From positions 13,589 through 77,588 of the forward strand of contig JBAXAJ010000003.1 in assembly GCA_037142555.1 (NCBI GenBank): a DNA stretch of 64,000 nt. Reading direction: 5' to 3'. Position 1 is the stretch's first letter. Each line of letters begins with the position of its first letter. Both the position numbers and the translations under genes were made by a program. The notes below the pieces were generated by a model. It ran no database searches. It saw nothing but the letters and a program-made list of their open reading frames with translations, and was not told the origin of the DNA. Below, in pieces: positions 27,059-36,366 of the stretch. The stretch comes from Candidatus Shapirobacteria bacterium. GTDB lineage: Bacteria; Patescibacteriota; Microgenomatia; UBA12405.

Positions 27059-28296
27059 ATTTAATTCCATCATCTCCAGGTGTTTATATCTACAGAAATT
27101 CTGAAAATAAAATAATTTACATTGGTAAAGCTATAAATTTGAAGAAAAGAGTTTCTCAATATTTTCAGCGCGATGATGCTTTAGGCCAAAAAACACTACA
27201 GCTAGTGTCTCAAATCAACAAAATCGACTACAAAGTTGTTGGTTCAGAAATTGAAGCTCTGATTCTAGAAGCCAGTTTAATCAAACAATATCGACCAAAA
27301 TATAATTCTCAATTAAAAGACGACAAAAGTTATGTCTATATAACTATCACTAAAGACAAATATCCTTTAATTAAATCAGCTTTCAAATCAACTCTTAATT
27401 CAGACTCTATTTTCTATGGCCCTTTCCCAAATAGCACAGCTGTTAAAAGTCTTCTAAAAACCATCCGCCATATTTTCCCATATTATTCATCTCATCATTC
27501 AAAAAATAAATGTCTCTATTGTCACATTGGTCTATGTCCTGGCCCAGATATTAGTATCTCAAATTATAAAAAAAACATTTCTCAAATCAAAAACATTTTA
27601 AGTGGAAATTTTAGAAAATTACTTTCTGATTTAACAAAAGAAATGAAAATATTTTCAAAAAATGAAAATTATGAAATGGCCAAAATTAAACTCGATCAAA
27701 TTAACGCCATAAACTATTTCATTTCTGGTTGGAGAAATTTAAACAATCTTTATCAACAAATCGATCTACCAGAAGACCAAACTAACAAAGCTCTCGCTGA
27801 ATTAAAAATGATTTTGTCTCCTCATCTAAATAATCTTAAAAATATTAATCGTCTTGAAGCTTTTGACATTTCTAATTTAGGCAACAAATATTTTGTCGGT
27901 TCTATGGTCGTATTTCAAAATGGAAATATTGATAAAAATGAATATAGAAAATTCAAAATATATTCTAAAGATACTCCTGATGATCAATTAATGATTAAAG
28001 AAGTAGTCTACCGTCGTCTTAAACACCCAGAATGGGGGACACCACAAATCATTCTAGTTGATGGTGGCAAACCACAAGTTTCTGCAGCAAACTCCGTAAT
28101 CAAAAATATTCCAATAATTGGTTTGGCAAAAAGAGAAGAAACTATTGTTATCAAAAATGATAAAGAGTGGACAGAAATTAATCTTCCAAAAAATTCACCA
28201 TCTCTTTTGCTTTTACAAAGATTAAGAGACGAAGCTCACCGCTTTGCTAATAAATATCGAAAAGAATTAATCAAAAAAAACACCTTTGCCAATTAA
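27046..28296 (+). CDS. uvrC: excinuclease ABC subunit C, short form
   Basis: N-terminal GIY-YIG (PGVYIYRNSENKIIYIGKAINLKKRVSQYF) and a C-terminal UvrC RNase-H-like endonuclease region (ILVDGGKPQ...IGLAKREE...LLQRLRDEAHRFA). At only 416 aa it has no (HhH)2 tail. Confidence 0.8.
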   Translation: MFDLNLIPSSPGVYIYRNSENKIIYIGKAINLKKRVSQYFQRDDALGQKTLQLVSQINKIDYKVVGSEIEALILEASLIKQYRPKYNSQLKDDKSYVYITITKDKYPLIKSAFKSTLNSDSIFYGPFPNSTAVKSLLKTIRHIFPYYSSHHSKNKCLYCHIGLCPGPDISISNYKKNISQIKNILSGNFRKLLSDLTKEMKIFSKNENYEMAKIKLDQINAINYFISGWRNLNNLYQQIDLPEDQTNKALAELKMILSPHLNNLKNINRLEAFDISNLGNKYFVGSMVVFQNGNIDKNEYRKFKIYSKDTPDDQLMIKEVVYRRLKHPEWGTPQIILVDGGKPQVSAANSVIKNIPIIGLAKREETIVIKNDKEWTEINLPKNSPSLLLLQRLRDEAHRFANKYRKELIKKNTFAN

Positions 28297-29033
28297 CGTT
28301 TTGGCATGAAAGCAATTTTGAAATAATAGACTTCATCAAGATAACTCACATCATAACAACGGACACTATCAAATTTTACATTTGTTTTAACATTCAATTC
28401 ATCATCTAAAAATATTCTTTGTAATTCCACCTCTTCTTGGTTATCTAAATCAAGAACCCCTAAAACATCTTGATTCAATTCACCTTTTTCTCCATCAATA
28501 GTGACAAAAGGAGTGTTTTCTTTAATAAAAAATAAATTTCTTTTATCATTATTTTTTTTCATTTCTAATCTAACTCTTTGTATTTCATCAAACTGACTTT
28601 GTCTAAAATCAATTTTTTCTTTTCCTTTTTCCATTTCTACTGGAATAGAAACAATTTCATTAGGATTAATCATTCTTTCTTCCTTATCTTCATTTTTTTT
28701 AGTGAAAGAATATTTCAATTCAGTTAAAGTTTTATATTTACCATAACCATCCTCTCTAATTTCATGTTCACCATAAATATTTAAAACTTTACTCACTATT
28801 ACTGTCCCTAAAATTTCTCCAGTTCTAAAAACTCCGTCTTTTCTTTGTCTGAATTTAGTTCCTTCTATAAAAAACTTTTGTTCTTCTTCAGGTGTTTGTT
28901 TTAATAATTCTTTTGACACTAAATTATTAAATTCCGATATATCAATCTGATGATCTCTATGATCGTCAGTTATAGGGATTAGTTGTCCATTATCAGTATA
29001 ACGACCAATAATATTTTTTGGAAACTCTTTCAT
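28293..29033 (-). CDS. hypothetical protein
   Basis: 246-aa acidic ORF with no recognisable motifs. Its ATG overlaps the stop of the upstream ORF (ATGA) and its stop overlaps the uvrC stop (convergent). Confidence 0.4.
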   Translation of the reverse strand: MKEFPKNIIGRYTDNGQLIPITDDHRDHQIDISEFNNLVSKELLKQTPEEEQKFFIEGTKFRQRKDGVFRTGEILGTVIVSKVLNIYGEHEIREDGYGKYKTLTELKYSFTKKNEDKEERMINPNEIVSIPVEMEKGKEKIDFRQSQFDEIQRVRLEMKKNNDKRNLFFIKENTPFVTIDGEKGELNQDVLGVLDLDNQEEVELQRIFLDDELNVKTNVKFDSVRCYDVSYLDEVYYFKIAFMPKR

Positions 29034-29542
29034 TTTTGTTCACTTTTTAATAACATTTCTTTCTTTTTTTTATCTTCTACCAACATTTCTTTCTTTTTTT
29101 CTTTGTCTTCACAAGCCTTAGGAGCCCAAAAAGTCTGTCCTGGACTAAATCTCAATTCTCTTTTTTTACCACCAGACTTTGGAATTTCATAAAAGAATTT
29201 TATTACACTTAAAGCCTTATATCTTATAAACCCCTTTGATTTTATTTCTTTACCACTTTCATCTAAAACTCTGACTGCCATTGTTTCACCAAAAGTATAG
29301 CCACCTCGATAATCAGATTGAAGACCTTTCCCCCAATGAAAATTTTCAACTTTAGTAGTAGGGGAAAAATAACGTCTATCTTTTTCTGGATGTTGGTTTA
29401 ACAACTCTTGTCGTTTTTCTTCATCAACTTGAGCTTGGTCTTTATACATGTCGCCAGAAGGATCCGCTCTATAAAGGTCTTGACCGTTAGGTAATTTACC
29501 AATAATATCTGGATCTACAAATTTACCATTTTCAATTGACAT
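29030..29542 (-). CDS. hypothetical protein with internally repeated KKKEML C-terminal tail
   Basis: 170-aa ORF. Its 3' end contains a ~30-nt tandem DNA repeat (29052-29111). Confidence 0.4.
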   Translation of the reverse strand: MSIENGKFVDPDIIGKLPNGQDLYRADPSGDMYKDQAQVDEEKRQELLNQHPEKDRRYFSPTTKVENFHWGKGLQSDYRGGYTFGETMAVRVLDESGKEIKSKGFIRYKALSVIKFFYEIPKSGGKKRELRFSPGQTFWAPKACEDKEKKKEMLVEDKKKKEMLLKSEQK

Positions 29543-29599
29543 AATTAGCTTAATTTATATTAACCTATAATAATATTATATCAAATATTAATACAATTA

Positions 29600-30754
29600 T
29601 CAACTTAAAAACTCTTTCATTCTTTCCAGACCTTTTTTAGGTCCTTCTTTTTCAAAATGAAGTCTAGCTGGCTCAAGTTTTTTAATTATCCATTCAGCTA
29701 ATCCATTTTTTAAATCAAGTGGATAGAGCTTTTCAGTCTTGTAATCTTCAATCAAATCACTAACTTTAGTGTAAACAATGTTTCCACCAAACTTTTCTGG
29801 TCTTTCAATAATGAATTCACCAGTCTCTTCTCCCCAAAAAACCAAAGTCTTAACCCAGTTTATTAAAGGATTATATTCAATTTCTTTTGGAGGCCCATAA
29901 GCTTTTCTAATTTTATTTCTAATTTCATCAGGAGTGTCATGGACAAAGATTGCTGAACCTGGTTTAGATTTACTCATTTTTAGATCAATAGCCACATCTT
30001 CTTCACTTTGTTTCAAATCTGTAGCTTCTGGCCCAGTCAAACCAGCAATCAAATTTTGGTGAACTGCAACCGGTGCAATTTTGTTTCCTTGGCTATCAAA
30101 TAGGGGATTGATGACTAATTTTTTAGCCACCTGTCTTCCGACCACATGAGCTTTTCTTTGATCCATTCCAGCATGAGCCAAATTAACTCTAAGAGTGAAA
30201 ATGTCGGCAACTTGGAGTGGGGGATAAAACAAAGTTGACATATTTACATCAGTCCCCTGCTTCTTCCCCATAATTGAGATAGACCTTAAGTTGCGTGACA
30301 AAGTCACATGTTTACCAACTTCCATGAATGTTTCCCAGTGAGTAATATTATTACTGTATAAATCTTTTCCAGTCACAAATTCAACTTGATTTTCTTCAAC
30401 ACCAAAACATTTGAGTGAAGCAATTAAACCTTGTTTAAAATAGTTTTCAGTTGCCCATCTAATATTTTCCCAGTCACCACCTAATTTATTATTTAAGTAA
30501 GAATGAAAATCAGCTAAAAGAATTTGACATCTAACTCCAGCTTTAATGAAATCAGCGATTTTACCCATTGAAATCAAACCAGTTCCTAAATGAACTAGTC
30601 CAGAAATTTCAAAACCAATATAGTGGACTAGAGGAGTTTTTGTTTCAATTAAGTGTTTCAAATCATCAGTAGTCAAAAGTTCCTGACAATTTCTGCTTAT
30701 TAAATTAATTTTTTGTTCTGTAGTTAAAGAATTTTCCATAGTTGAATTATACAA
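29600..30754 (-). CDS. tyrS: tyrosyl-tRNA synthetase, archaeal/eukaryotic type
   Basis: HYIGFEISGLVHLGTGL is the class I HIGH region of the form GFEPSG.iHLG seen in archaeal-type TyrRS. It also has ILLADFHSYLNNK and a KMSKSKPGSAIFVHDTPDEIRNKIRKAY KMSKS region that parallels archaeal TyrRS. Confidence 0.75.
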   Translation of the reverse strand: MYNSTMENSLTTEQKINLISRNCQELLTTDDLKHLIETKTPLVHYIGFEISGLVHLGTGLISMGKIADFIKAGVRCQILLADFHSYLNNKLGGDWENIRWATENYFKQGLIASLKCFGVEENQVEFVTGKDLYSNNITHWETFMEVGKHVTLSRNLRSISIMGKKQGTDVNMSTLFYPPLQVADIFTLRVNLAHAGMDQRKAHVVGRQVAKKLVINPLFDSQGNKIAPVAVHQNLIAGLTGPEATDLKQSEEDVAIDLKMSKSKPGSAIFVHDTPDEIRNKIRKAYGPPKEIEYNPLINWVKTLVFWGEETGEFIIERPEKFGGNIVYTKVSDLIEDYKTEKLYPLDLKNGLAEWIIKKLEPARLHFEKEGPKKGLERMKEFLS

Positions 30755-30764
30755 GATAATTTAA

Positions 30765-31451
30765 TCAGATTCTTTCTGCAAAAATTAACAATCTCTTCCA
30801 ATCAGTTCCAATTGGCCAACAAGTTTGCAAAATCAAAACTTCCTTATTCTCATCCTTATAATTAATATAACCAGTTTCTGAAGCTTTAATGACTTTTTTC
30901 ATATATGTTTTATAGGTATAAACTTGACCATTATATTTAATATAAATAAGATCATTTTCATTCATTTTTCCTAGAAGATAAAAAACCGCATTTTTCCTGG
31001 TCATTTCCAAACCTTGTTGGCTAGAATGAGCAAAAACATAAGTTGTTTTGCCCTTACCTAAACCTGGCAAATAAGAACCCTTAGCCTGAGCCACCACATT
31101 ATTTTCCAAAACTTTCAAATATTCCTTTGGATTAAATGGAGAAATATTAGGAATCACTTCAGAAGAAGCCAAAATTTTTGGAATTTGAATATTATATTCA
31201 TAAATACTTTGTTGAACCGGAAAAGATTCAAGTTTGACTTCAGCCTCTTTAGTGTGGAATTTATAGTTTATTAAAGATTTTCCAATTGGCCAATATAAAT
31301 ATCCAAAAGACAAAAAAGAAAAAAGAACCACGATAGTTCCAACATAAAACAAATATCTCTTTGGGCCACCAGGGTTATTATAAATAATCCCTTTCTTACT
31401 TTTTATTTTTACTTTCCTTTTTTTAGGAGTTATTTTGAAAAAATCAATCAT
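30765..31451 (-). CDS. sortase-family transpeptidase
   Basis: N-terminal membrane anchor, a His-containing TYVFAHSS segment, and a C-terminal VLILQTCWP...R matching the sortase TLxTC catalytic-Cys motif followed by the conserved Arg. Confidence 0.55.
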   Translation of the reverse strand: MIDFFKITPKKRKVKIKSKKGIIYNNPGGPKRYLFYVGTIVVLFSFLSFGYLYWPIGKSLINYKFHTKEAEVKLESFPVQQSIYEYNIQIPKILASSEVIPNISPFNPKEYLKVLENNVVAQAKGSYLPGLGKGKTTYVFAHSSQQGLEMTRKNAVFYLLGKMNENDLIYIKYNGQVYTYKTYMKKVIKASETGYINYKDENKEVLILQTCWPIGTDWKRLLIFAERI

Positions 31452-31472
31452 TCTTAATTAAATATAACCTAA

Positions 31473-31501
31473 TTGACAAATGATGCAATATACCCTAACA
31501 T
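31473..31501 (+). promoter_or_regulatory. putative promoter for greA (TTGACA, 17-nt spacer, TAACAT)
   Basis: A perfect -35 hexamer at 31473-31478 and a weak -10 at 31496-31501, about 57 nt upstream of the ATG. Confidence 0.3.
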
Positions 31502-31558
31502 ATTCAACTGTTTGTATTTACTCCGGTTAGGAGGCAGACGGGTTTTTTTTACACAAAA

Positions 31559-32023
31559 ATGATTCATAAAAATCTATTAACCAAAGATGGTTACAACAAT
31601 TTGACTGAACAACTAAAAGAGTTCAAAAAGAAACAAGAACACTTAATCATTGAGATTGAAGAAGTCGCTCAACCAGACGAATCTGGTGAAGATGGATTAG
31701 CAACTCAATTAAAAGAAGAACTTGAATTAATCAACGAAAAAATTGATGATATTGAAGTTGCTCTTGAAGATGCCAAAATTGTTGATAATGCTTGTGAAAA
31801 ACATCTCCAAGTCGAAATTGGTTGTAAGGTCAAAGTCAAAATTGCTAATAAAATAATTAAAGAATTCACTATTGTTAGCCATCTAGAAGCTGATCCTCAT
31901 GTTGACAAAATTTCCAATGAATCACCACTTGGTGTTGCTCTCCTTGGCAAAAAAGTTAATGATCAAGTTGAAGTTGACGCTCCAGCTGGAAAAATAATCT
32001 ACAAAATAATTTCTATTAGCTAA
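31559..32023 (+). CDS. greA: transcription elongation factor GreA
   Basis: 154 aa with an N-terminal coiled-coil carrying acidic tip residues and a C-terminal FKBP-like domain, matching the GreA/GreB pattern. Confidence 0.8.
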   Translation: MIHKNLLTKDGYNNLTEQLKEFKKKQEHLIIEIEEVAQPDESGEDGLATQLKEELELINEKIDDIEVALEDAKIVDNACEKHLQVEIGCKVKVKIANKIIKEFTIVSHLEADPHVDKISNESPLGVALLGKKVNDQVEVDAPAGKIIYKIISIS

Positions 32024-32039
32024 TGTAGTAAAATTAATT

Positions 32040-33500
32040 ATGGTTGATCCAAAATTAAATGAACTTCAGCGACAAAGGCAAGAAAAACTCACAAAATTAA
32101 AGAGTCTTAACTCCAATCTATATCCCCAGCCAAATCTCGAAAATAAAATAAGCACTTCCGAAGCTAAAGAAAAATTAGATCAAAAAGTTCTAATTGCTGG
32201 TCGAATAATGTCTAAACGCGGTCAAGGAAAAATTATGTTTGCTGATCTTCAAGACAGAACTGGTAAAATCCAAATTTTCTTCCAAGAAAAAACTCTAGCT
32301 GAAAAGATTAAAGAAACTAAACTTCTGGATCTAGGAGACATCATTAGCGCCTCTGGAACCGTCTTTAAGACTCAAGCAGGTGAAATAACTATTAATATTG
32401 AAGAATTCCAAATTTTAACCAAGAATTTAAGACCTCTCCCAGAAAAATGGCATGGTCTTAAAGATGTTGAAATTAGTTATCGTCAACGCTATGTTGATTT
32501 AATCGTCAACCCAGAATCTCGACAAGTTTTTGAAACCAGAACCAAACTTCTTTCCGAAATGCGTCGTTATCTAGATGACCATGGTTTCATGGAAGTTGAA
32601 ACCCCAATTCTTCAACCAGTCTATGGCGGTGCCTCTGCTAAACCTTTTGTCACTCATCACAACGAACTAGACATGGATATGTATCTTCGTATTTCTGATG
32701 AATTATATTTAAAACGCCTAATTGTTGGTGGATTTGAAAAAATCTATGAAGTCAGCAAAGATTTCCGAAATGAAGGTGTTTCTCGTTTTCACAACCCAGA
32801 ATTCACTCAAATTGAATTCTATTGGGCCTATGTTGATTACGAAGTTTTAATGAAATTCACTCAAGATTTAATCAGACATCTTTTAATGGTCACCAAAAAC
32901 ACTCTCAAAATTTCTTTCCAAGGCACTGACCTTGATTTCTCAAAAGAAATTCGTCGCTTAACTTTCAAAGATGCTATTTTCGAAACAACTAAAATTGACA
33001 TCGATAAAATCAAAAACGAAGAAGATTTCAAAAAAGAATTAGAAATTAGAAATTTGAAATTAGATTTAAAGGGAATTATTGGTCTCGGTGCTTGTTTCGA
33101 TGCTCTATATAAAGAATATGTTCGACCAGGAATCATCCAACCAACTTTCATCACTGATTATCCAGCTGAAATGATTGCTCTCGCTAAACGCAAAGAGAAT
33201 GACCCAACTAAAATTGCTTCCTTCCAACTTCTTGCCTGTGGCACTGAATTTTTGAAAGCTTACAACGAGTTAAACGATCCAAAAGACCAAGCTGATCGTT
33301 GGCTTGAAGAACAAAAATTAGCTGACAAAGGCTCAGAAATTGCTTCTCAATTTGACGCTGATTACATTCGTGCTCTTGAATATGGCATGCCACCAACTGC
33401 TGGTTGGGGAATGGGTGTCGATCGTTTCACTCAACTTATCACTGATTCAGCCACCATCAAAGACGTCATCTTATTTCCATCAATGAGAAAAGAGGAATAA
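32040..33500 (+). CDS. lysS: lysyl-tRNA synthetase (class II)
   Basis: N-terminal OB anticodon-binding domain and class II motifs (FMEVETP; motif 3 GWGMGVDR) within 486 aa. Confidence 0.9.
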   Translation: MVDPKLNELQRQRQEKLTKLKSLNSNLYPQPNLENKISTSEAKEKLDQKVLIAGRIMSKRGQGKIMFADLQDRTGKIQIFFQEKTLAEKIKETKLLDLGDIISASGTVFKTQAGEITINIEEFQILTKNLRPLPEKWHGLKDVEISYRQRYVDLIVNPESRQVFETRTKLLSEMRRYLDDHGFMEVETPILQPVYGGASAKPFVTHHNELDMDMYLRISDELYLKRLIVGGFEKIYEVSKDFRNEGVSRFHNPEFTQIEFYWAYVDYEVLMKFTQDLIRHLLMVTKNTLKISFQGTDLDFSKEIRRLTFKDAIFETTKIDIDKIKNEEDFKKELEIRNLKLDLKGIIGLGACFDALYKEYVRPGIIQPTFITDYPAEMIALAKRKENDPTKIASFQLLACGTEFLKAYNELNDPKDQADRWLEEQKLADKGSEIASQFDADYIRALEYGMPPTAGWGMGVDRFTQLITDSATIKDVILFPSMRKEE

Positions 33501-33502
33501 TT

Positions 33503-33847
33503 ATGGCAATATTAAAAATTGACAATTTTCCAACTTTTGAAGAATTAGAAAAATTGAAAGAAGAATTCGGTGAATATATTAAATTAGTTGCCGACATTGA
33601 TAAAGGAATTTTATATGGTGGTTCTCGTCTTCACGCCGACATCGAAAAAATATTAATAGATTCTGGATCTTTACAAAAAAATGTTTGGGGTGGAGGAATT
33701 GATTTAGTTTCTAAAATCATAGAATGTTCTGCTGTTGCCAACATTAGATCAGACTCAAATCCAAGTACTGAAATACTCGATCCAATAATTAGAGAGAAGT
33801 TTATAAATATAGTTAAAAAATATTTTCCTGAATTTATTTATGGATAA
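33503..33847 (+). CDS. hypothetical protein
   Basis: 114-aa ORF starting 2 nt after lysS with no recognisable motif. Confidence 0.4.
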   Translation: MAILKIDNFPTFEELEKLKEEFGEYIKLVADIDKGILYGGSRLHADIEKILIDSGSLQKNVWGGGIDLVSKIIECSAVANIRSDSNPSTEILDPIIREKFINIVKKYFPEFIYG

Positions 33848-34109
33848 CTCAAAGTTAGAACTATTAAATATTTCCACAGATTTAAAAAGATCAGTGATGT
33901 TTTTAGTTAGAAATCAAGATAATAACCCTAAAAATTGTATTTTTATTCAAAATATTTTAAAAAACTATCCTAAATTAATAAAAATTGATCCTAAAATTTC
34001 AGAAATTATTGATATCAAATATCTTAAAAATACCAAAGATAAGGCCAATGTTAAGGCTGAATTTTTATTAATGCAAAGTTTAAAACTTCAACATTATTTA
34101 GGTTTATAA
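33840..34109 (+). CDS. hypothetical protein
   Basis: 89-aa ORF overlapping the previous gene by 8 nt. Confidence 0.35.
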   Translation: MDNSKLELLNISTDLKRSVMFLVRNQDNNPKNCIFIQNILKNYPKLIKIDPKISEIIDIKYLKNTKDKANVKAEFLLMQSLKLQHYLGL

Positions 34110-34115
34110 CAAAAT

Positions 34116-34778
34116 ATGAAATTACTTCTAACTTCAGCCGGACTTGCAAACAAGTCAATAATTAAAGCGCTCCAAGAATTAGTCAAGAAACCTTTTTCTG
34201 AATTAAAAGTTACTTTTGTTCCTACTGCTTCAAACATAGAAGAAGGTGACAAAAAAGATTGGTTGATAAAAGATTTAGAAATACTTAAAGATTTAAAATT
34301 TTCCAGTATCGATATTGTTGATGTTTCAGCTGTACCAAAAGAAGTTTGGTTAAAAAGATTAAAAGAAGCAGACATCTTTTTTGTCGAGGGTGGCAACACT
34401 TACCATTTAATGTATTGGTTTGATAAGTCTGGATTATCAAAAGTCTTACCTGACTTACTAAAAACCAGAGTTTATATTGGTGTCAGTGCTGGAACCATGG
34501 TTGTTAATCCAACCGTAGTTCATTGGTATAAAGAAAAAATTGTTTGTCAAAAAATAAATAAAACCAGTTTTGGTAAAGGTTTATCTTATGTAAATTTTAT
34601 GGTTGAGCCACATCTTAATAGTTCTTGGTTTCCAGAAATGACTTTAGAAAATATCGAAAAAAAATTAAAAGATTATCCATATCCTTTATATGCTCTAGAT
34701 GATGAATCAGCTATTAAAGTTGATGGTGATAAAATTGAAGTAATTTCCGAAGGTGTTTGGAAAAAATTTGAAAAATAA
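34116..34778 (+). CDS. peptidase S51 / dipeptidase E-like (class I glutamine-amidotransferase-like fold)
   Basis: MKLLLTSAG N-terminus, a ...FVEGGNTYHL.. segment and a GVSAG nucleophile elbow, matching the peptidase E/cyanophycinase family. Confidence 0.65.
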   Translation: MKLLLTSAGLANKSIIKALQELVKKPFSELKVTFVPTASNIEEGDKKDWLIKDLEILKDLKFSSIDIVDVSAVPKEVWLKRLKEADIFFVEGGNTYHLMYWFDKSGLSKVLPDLLKTRVYIGVSAGTMVVNPTVVHWYKEKIVCQKINKTSFGKGLSYVNFMVEPHLNSSWFPEMTLENIEKKLKDYPYPLYALDDESAIKVDGDKIEVISEGVWKKFEK

Positions 34779-34779
34779 T

Positions 34780-35370
34780 ATGACCGACAGAAAAATTTTT
34801 AATGATGCTGTAGAAAAAAATCTAGAACAAAACATTTATTATCATTCTCTAGCTCTAGAGGCTTGCATGGGTGGAATTTATGATTATTTGAAAACATTTA
34901 ATTTACTCAACGATTCAGAACCAACTAAAGAAGAATGGACTCTAGCTGGTCTAGTTCACGACATCGATTATTCAGGTGAGTTTAAAGATCTCCATCCTTT
35001 AAAAACAAAAGAAGCTTTAAAGAAATATGACCTAGAAATTTCTGACACTGTCCAAGAAATCATTCTAGCTCATGATGGTCGACAAAATTGTGTTTATGAC
35101 AATAAAGCCAAATGGGCAATTTTCTGTGCTGATTCCTTAACTGGTTTAATTGTCGCTGTCGCTCTAGTTTATCCATCTAAAAAATTAACCGATGTCAAAA
35201 CTTCATCAGTTTTAAAAAGATTTCTAAAAGAACCAAAATTTGCCGCCGGCACTCGCCGTGATGAAGTTTCTAAGTGTGAATTAAAAGAAGGTCTCAATAT
35301 TCCTCTCGAAAAATTCATTGAAATTTGTCTTCAATCGATGCAACAAATCGCCCCACAAATTGGGTTATAG
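34780..35370 (+). CDS. HD-domain metal-dependent phosphohydrolase
   Basis: LAGLVHDIDY is the H...HD motif, with a later ILAHD. The start is set at the ATG 1 nt after the previous stop. Confidence 0.6.
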   Translation: MTDRKIFNDAVEKNLEQNIYYHSLALEACMGGIYDYLKTFNLLNDSEPTKEEWTLAGLVHDIDYSGEFKDLHPLKTKEALKKYDLEISDTVQEIILAHDGRQNCVYDNKAKWAIFCADSLTGLIVAVALVYPSKKLTDVKTSSVLKRFLKEPKFAAGTRRDEVSKCELKEGLNIPLEKFIEICLQSMQQIAPQIGL

Positions 35371-35371
35371 T

Positions 35372-35707
35372 TTATTTCCTTTTTTCTAACTTTATCTTAA
35401 TTAATTGTCTATGTTCAATCTCTCTTTCGCTTAGTTTACAAACAGTACCATCAGGTAATTTTTTAAATTCGGCTGCTTCTGAATGTTCTTTCCAATTTTC
35501 GATAAGATTAATTCTTTCTTTTTCTAGTTCATCACCATCAACTCCTGAAAATCTTTTCTTGTGTTGTTCTGAATTTAATCTCACAAAAAAATGTGGGTTA
35601 TTTCCAAAAATACCATCTTTTCTAGAATATACACATTCTATTTCAGATAGATTATTTAATAAACTTTCCATTTCTTTATTTGCCATAGTGTGTGATTTTA
35701 TCATCAT
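35372..35707 (-). CDS. hypothetical protein
   Basis: 111-aa ORF on the opposite strand within an otherwise plus-strand block. Confidence 0.35.
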   Translation of the reverse strand: MMIKSHTMANKEMESLLNNLSEIECVYSRKDGIFGNNPHFFVRLNSEQHKKRFSGVDGDELEKERINLIENWKEHSEAAEFKKLPDGTVCKLSEREIEHRQLIKIKLEKRK

Positions 35708-35726
35708 TTAGGTTTATAATGAACAT

Positions 35727-36365
35727 ATGGAAATTTATCCAAAAATGACTAAAGACAATACTGCTCTAGTAGTCATTGACCCAATAAATTCTTGTGCCCA
35801 CGAAGATTGTGAAACTCCAGAATGGAATGTTCACTTTTCCAAAATTCGTAAAATGTTGCCTAAACTAGACAAATTCATTAAAAAATACCGACAAAAAATA
35901 GGTGGCTTGGTTGTTATTACTAAAACAACTCCATGGAATGAAAAGCATTTAGCTAAAAATATTAACGAACTTTATACTGACCCTATGGCTTGTTATTACT
36001 CAGACGACGACAGTGGTTTTGATGAAGAATTTTTTGTAATCAAACCAGAACCAAGTGATTTAATTTTCACCAAAAACACTTATGACACTTTTGTTGGCGG
36101 TGAATTAACTAAAAAATTAAAAGACAAAGGAATTAAATACATAATCATGACCGGCATTTTTACTGATGGTTGTGTTCTAGCATCAATTGCCAGTGGTTTT
36201 TCTCAGGGTTTCAATTTTGTCATCCTTAAAGATTTAATCGAAACAACCGATTCACCAGCTCGTCAAAAAATTCAAAAACTTTTAATTGAAAATACTTTTC
36301 CAAAACTATATGGTAAAACAATTAAATCTAGTGAACTATTTGAAAATAATAATTTAATTACATAA
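35727..36365 (+). CDS. isochorismatase-family cysteine hydrolase
   Basis: ALVVIDPINSC, similar to the ALLVIDMQNDF motif, and IIMTGIFTDGCVLAS with the catalytic Cys. Confidence 0.6.
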   Translation: MEIYPKMTKDNTALVVIDPINSCAHEDCETPEWNVHFSKIRKMLPKLDKFIKKYRQKIGGLVVITKTTPWNEKHLAKNINELYTDPMACYYSDDDSGFDEEFFVIKPEPSDLIFTKNTYDTFVGGELTKKLKDKGIKYIIMTGIFTDGCVLASIASGFSQGFNFVILKDLIETTDSPARQKIQKLLIENTFPKLYGKTIKSSELFENNNLIT

Positions 36366-36366
36366 T

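Noticed and set aside
31515-31550. GC-rich segment ggaggcagacggg followed by T8 just upstream of greA, looking like a terminator or attenuator
   Set aside because: No complementary 5' stem arm could be found to form a hairpin with the GC segment. The T-run alone is not evidence of a terminator. It is left as part of the greA 5' UTR.
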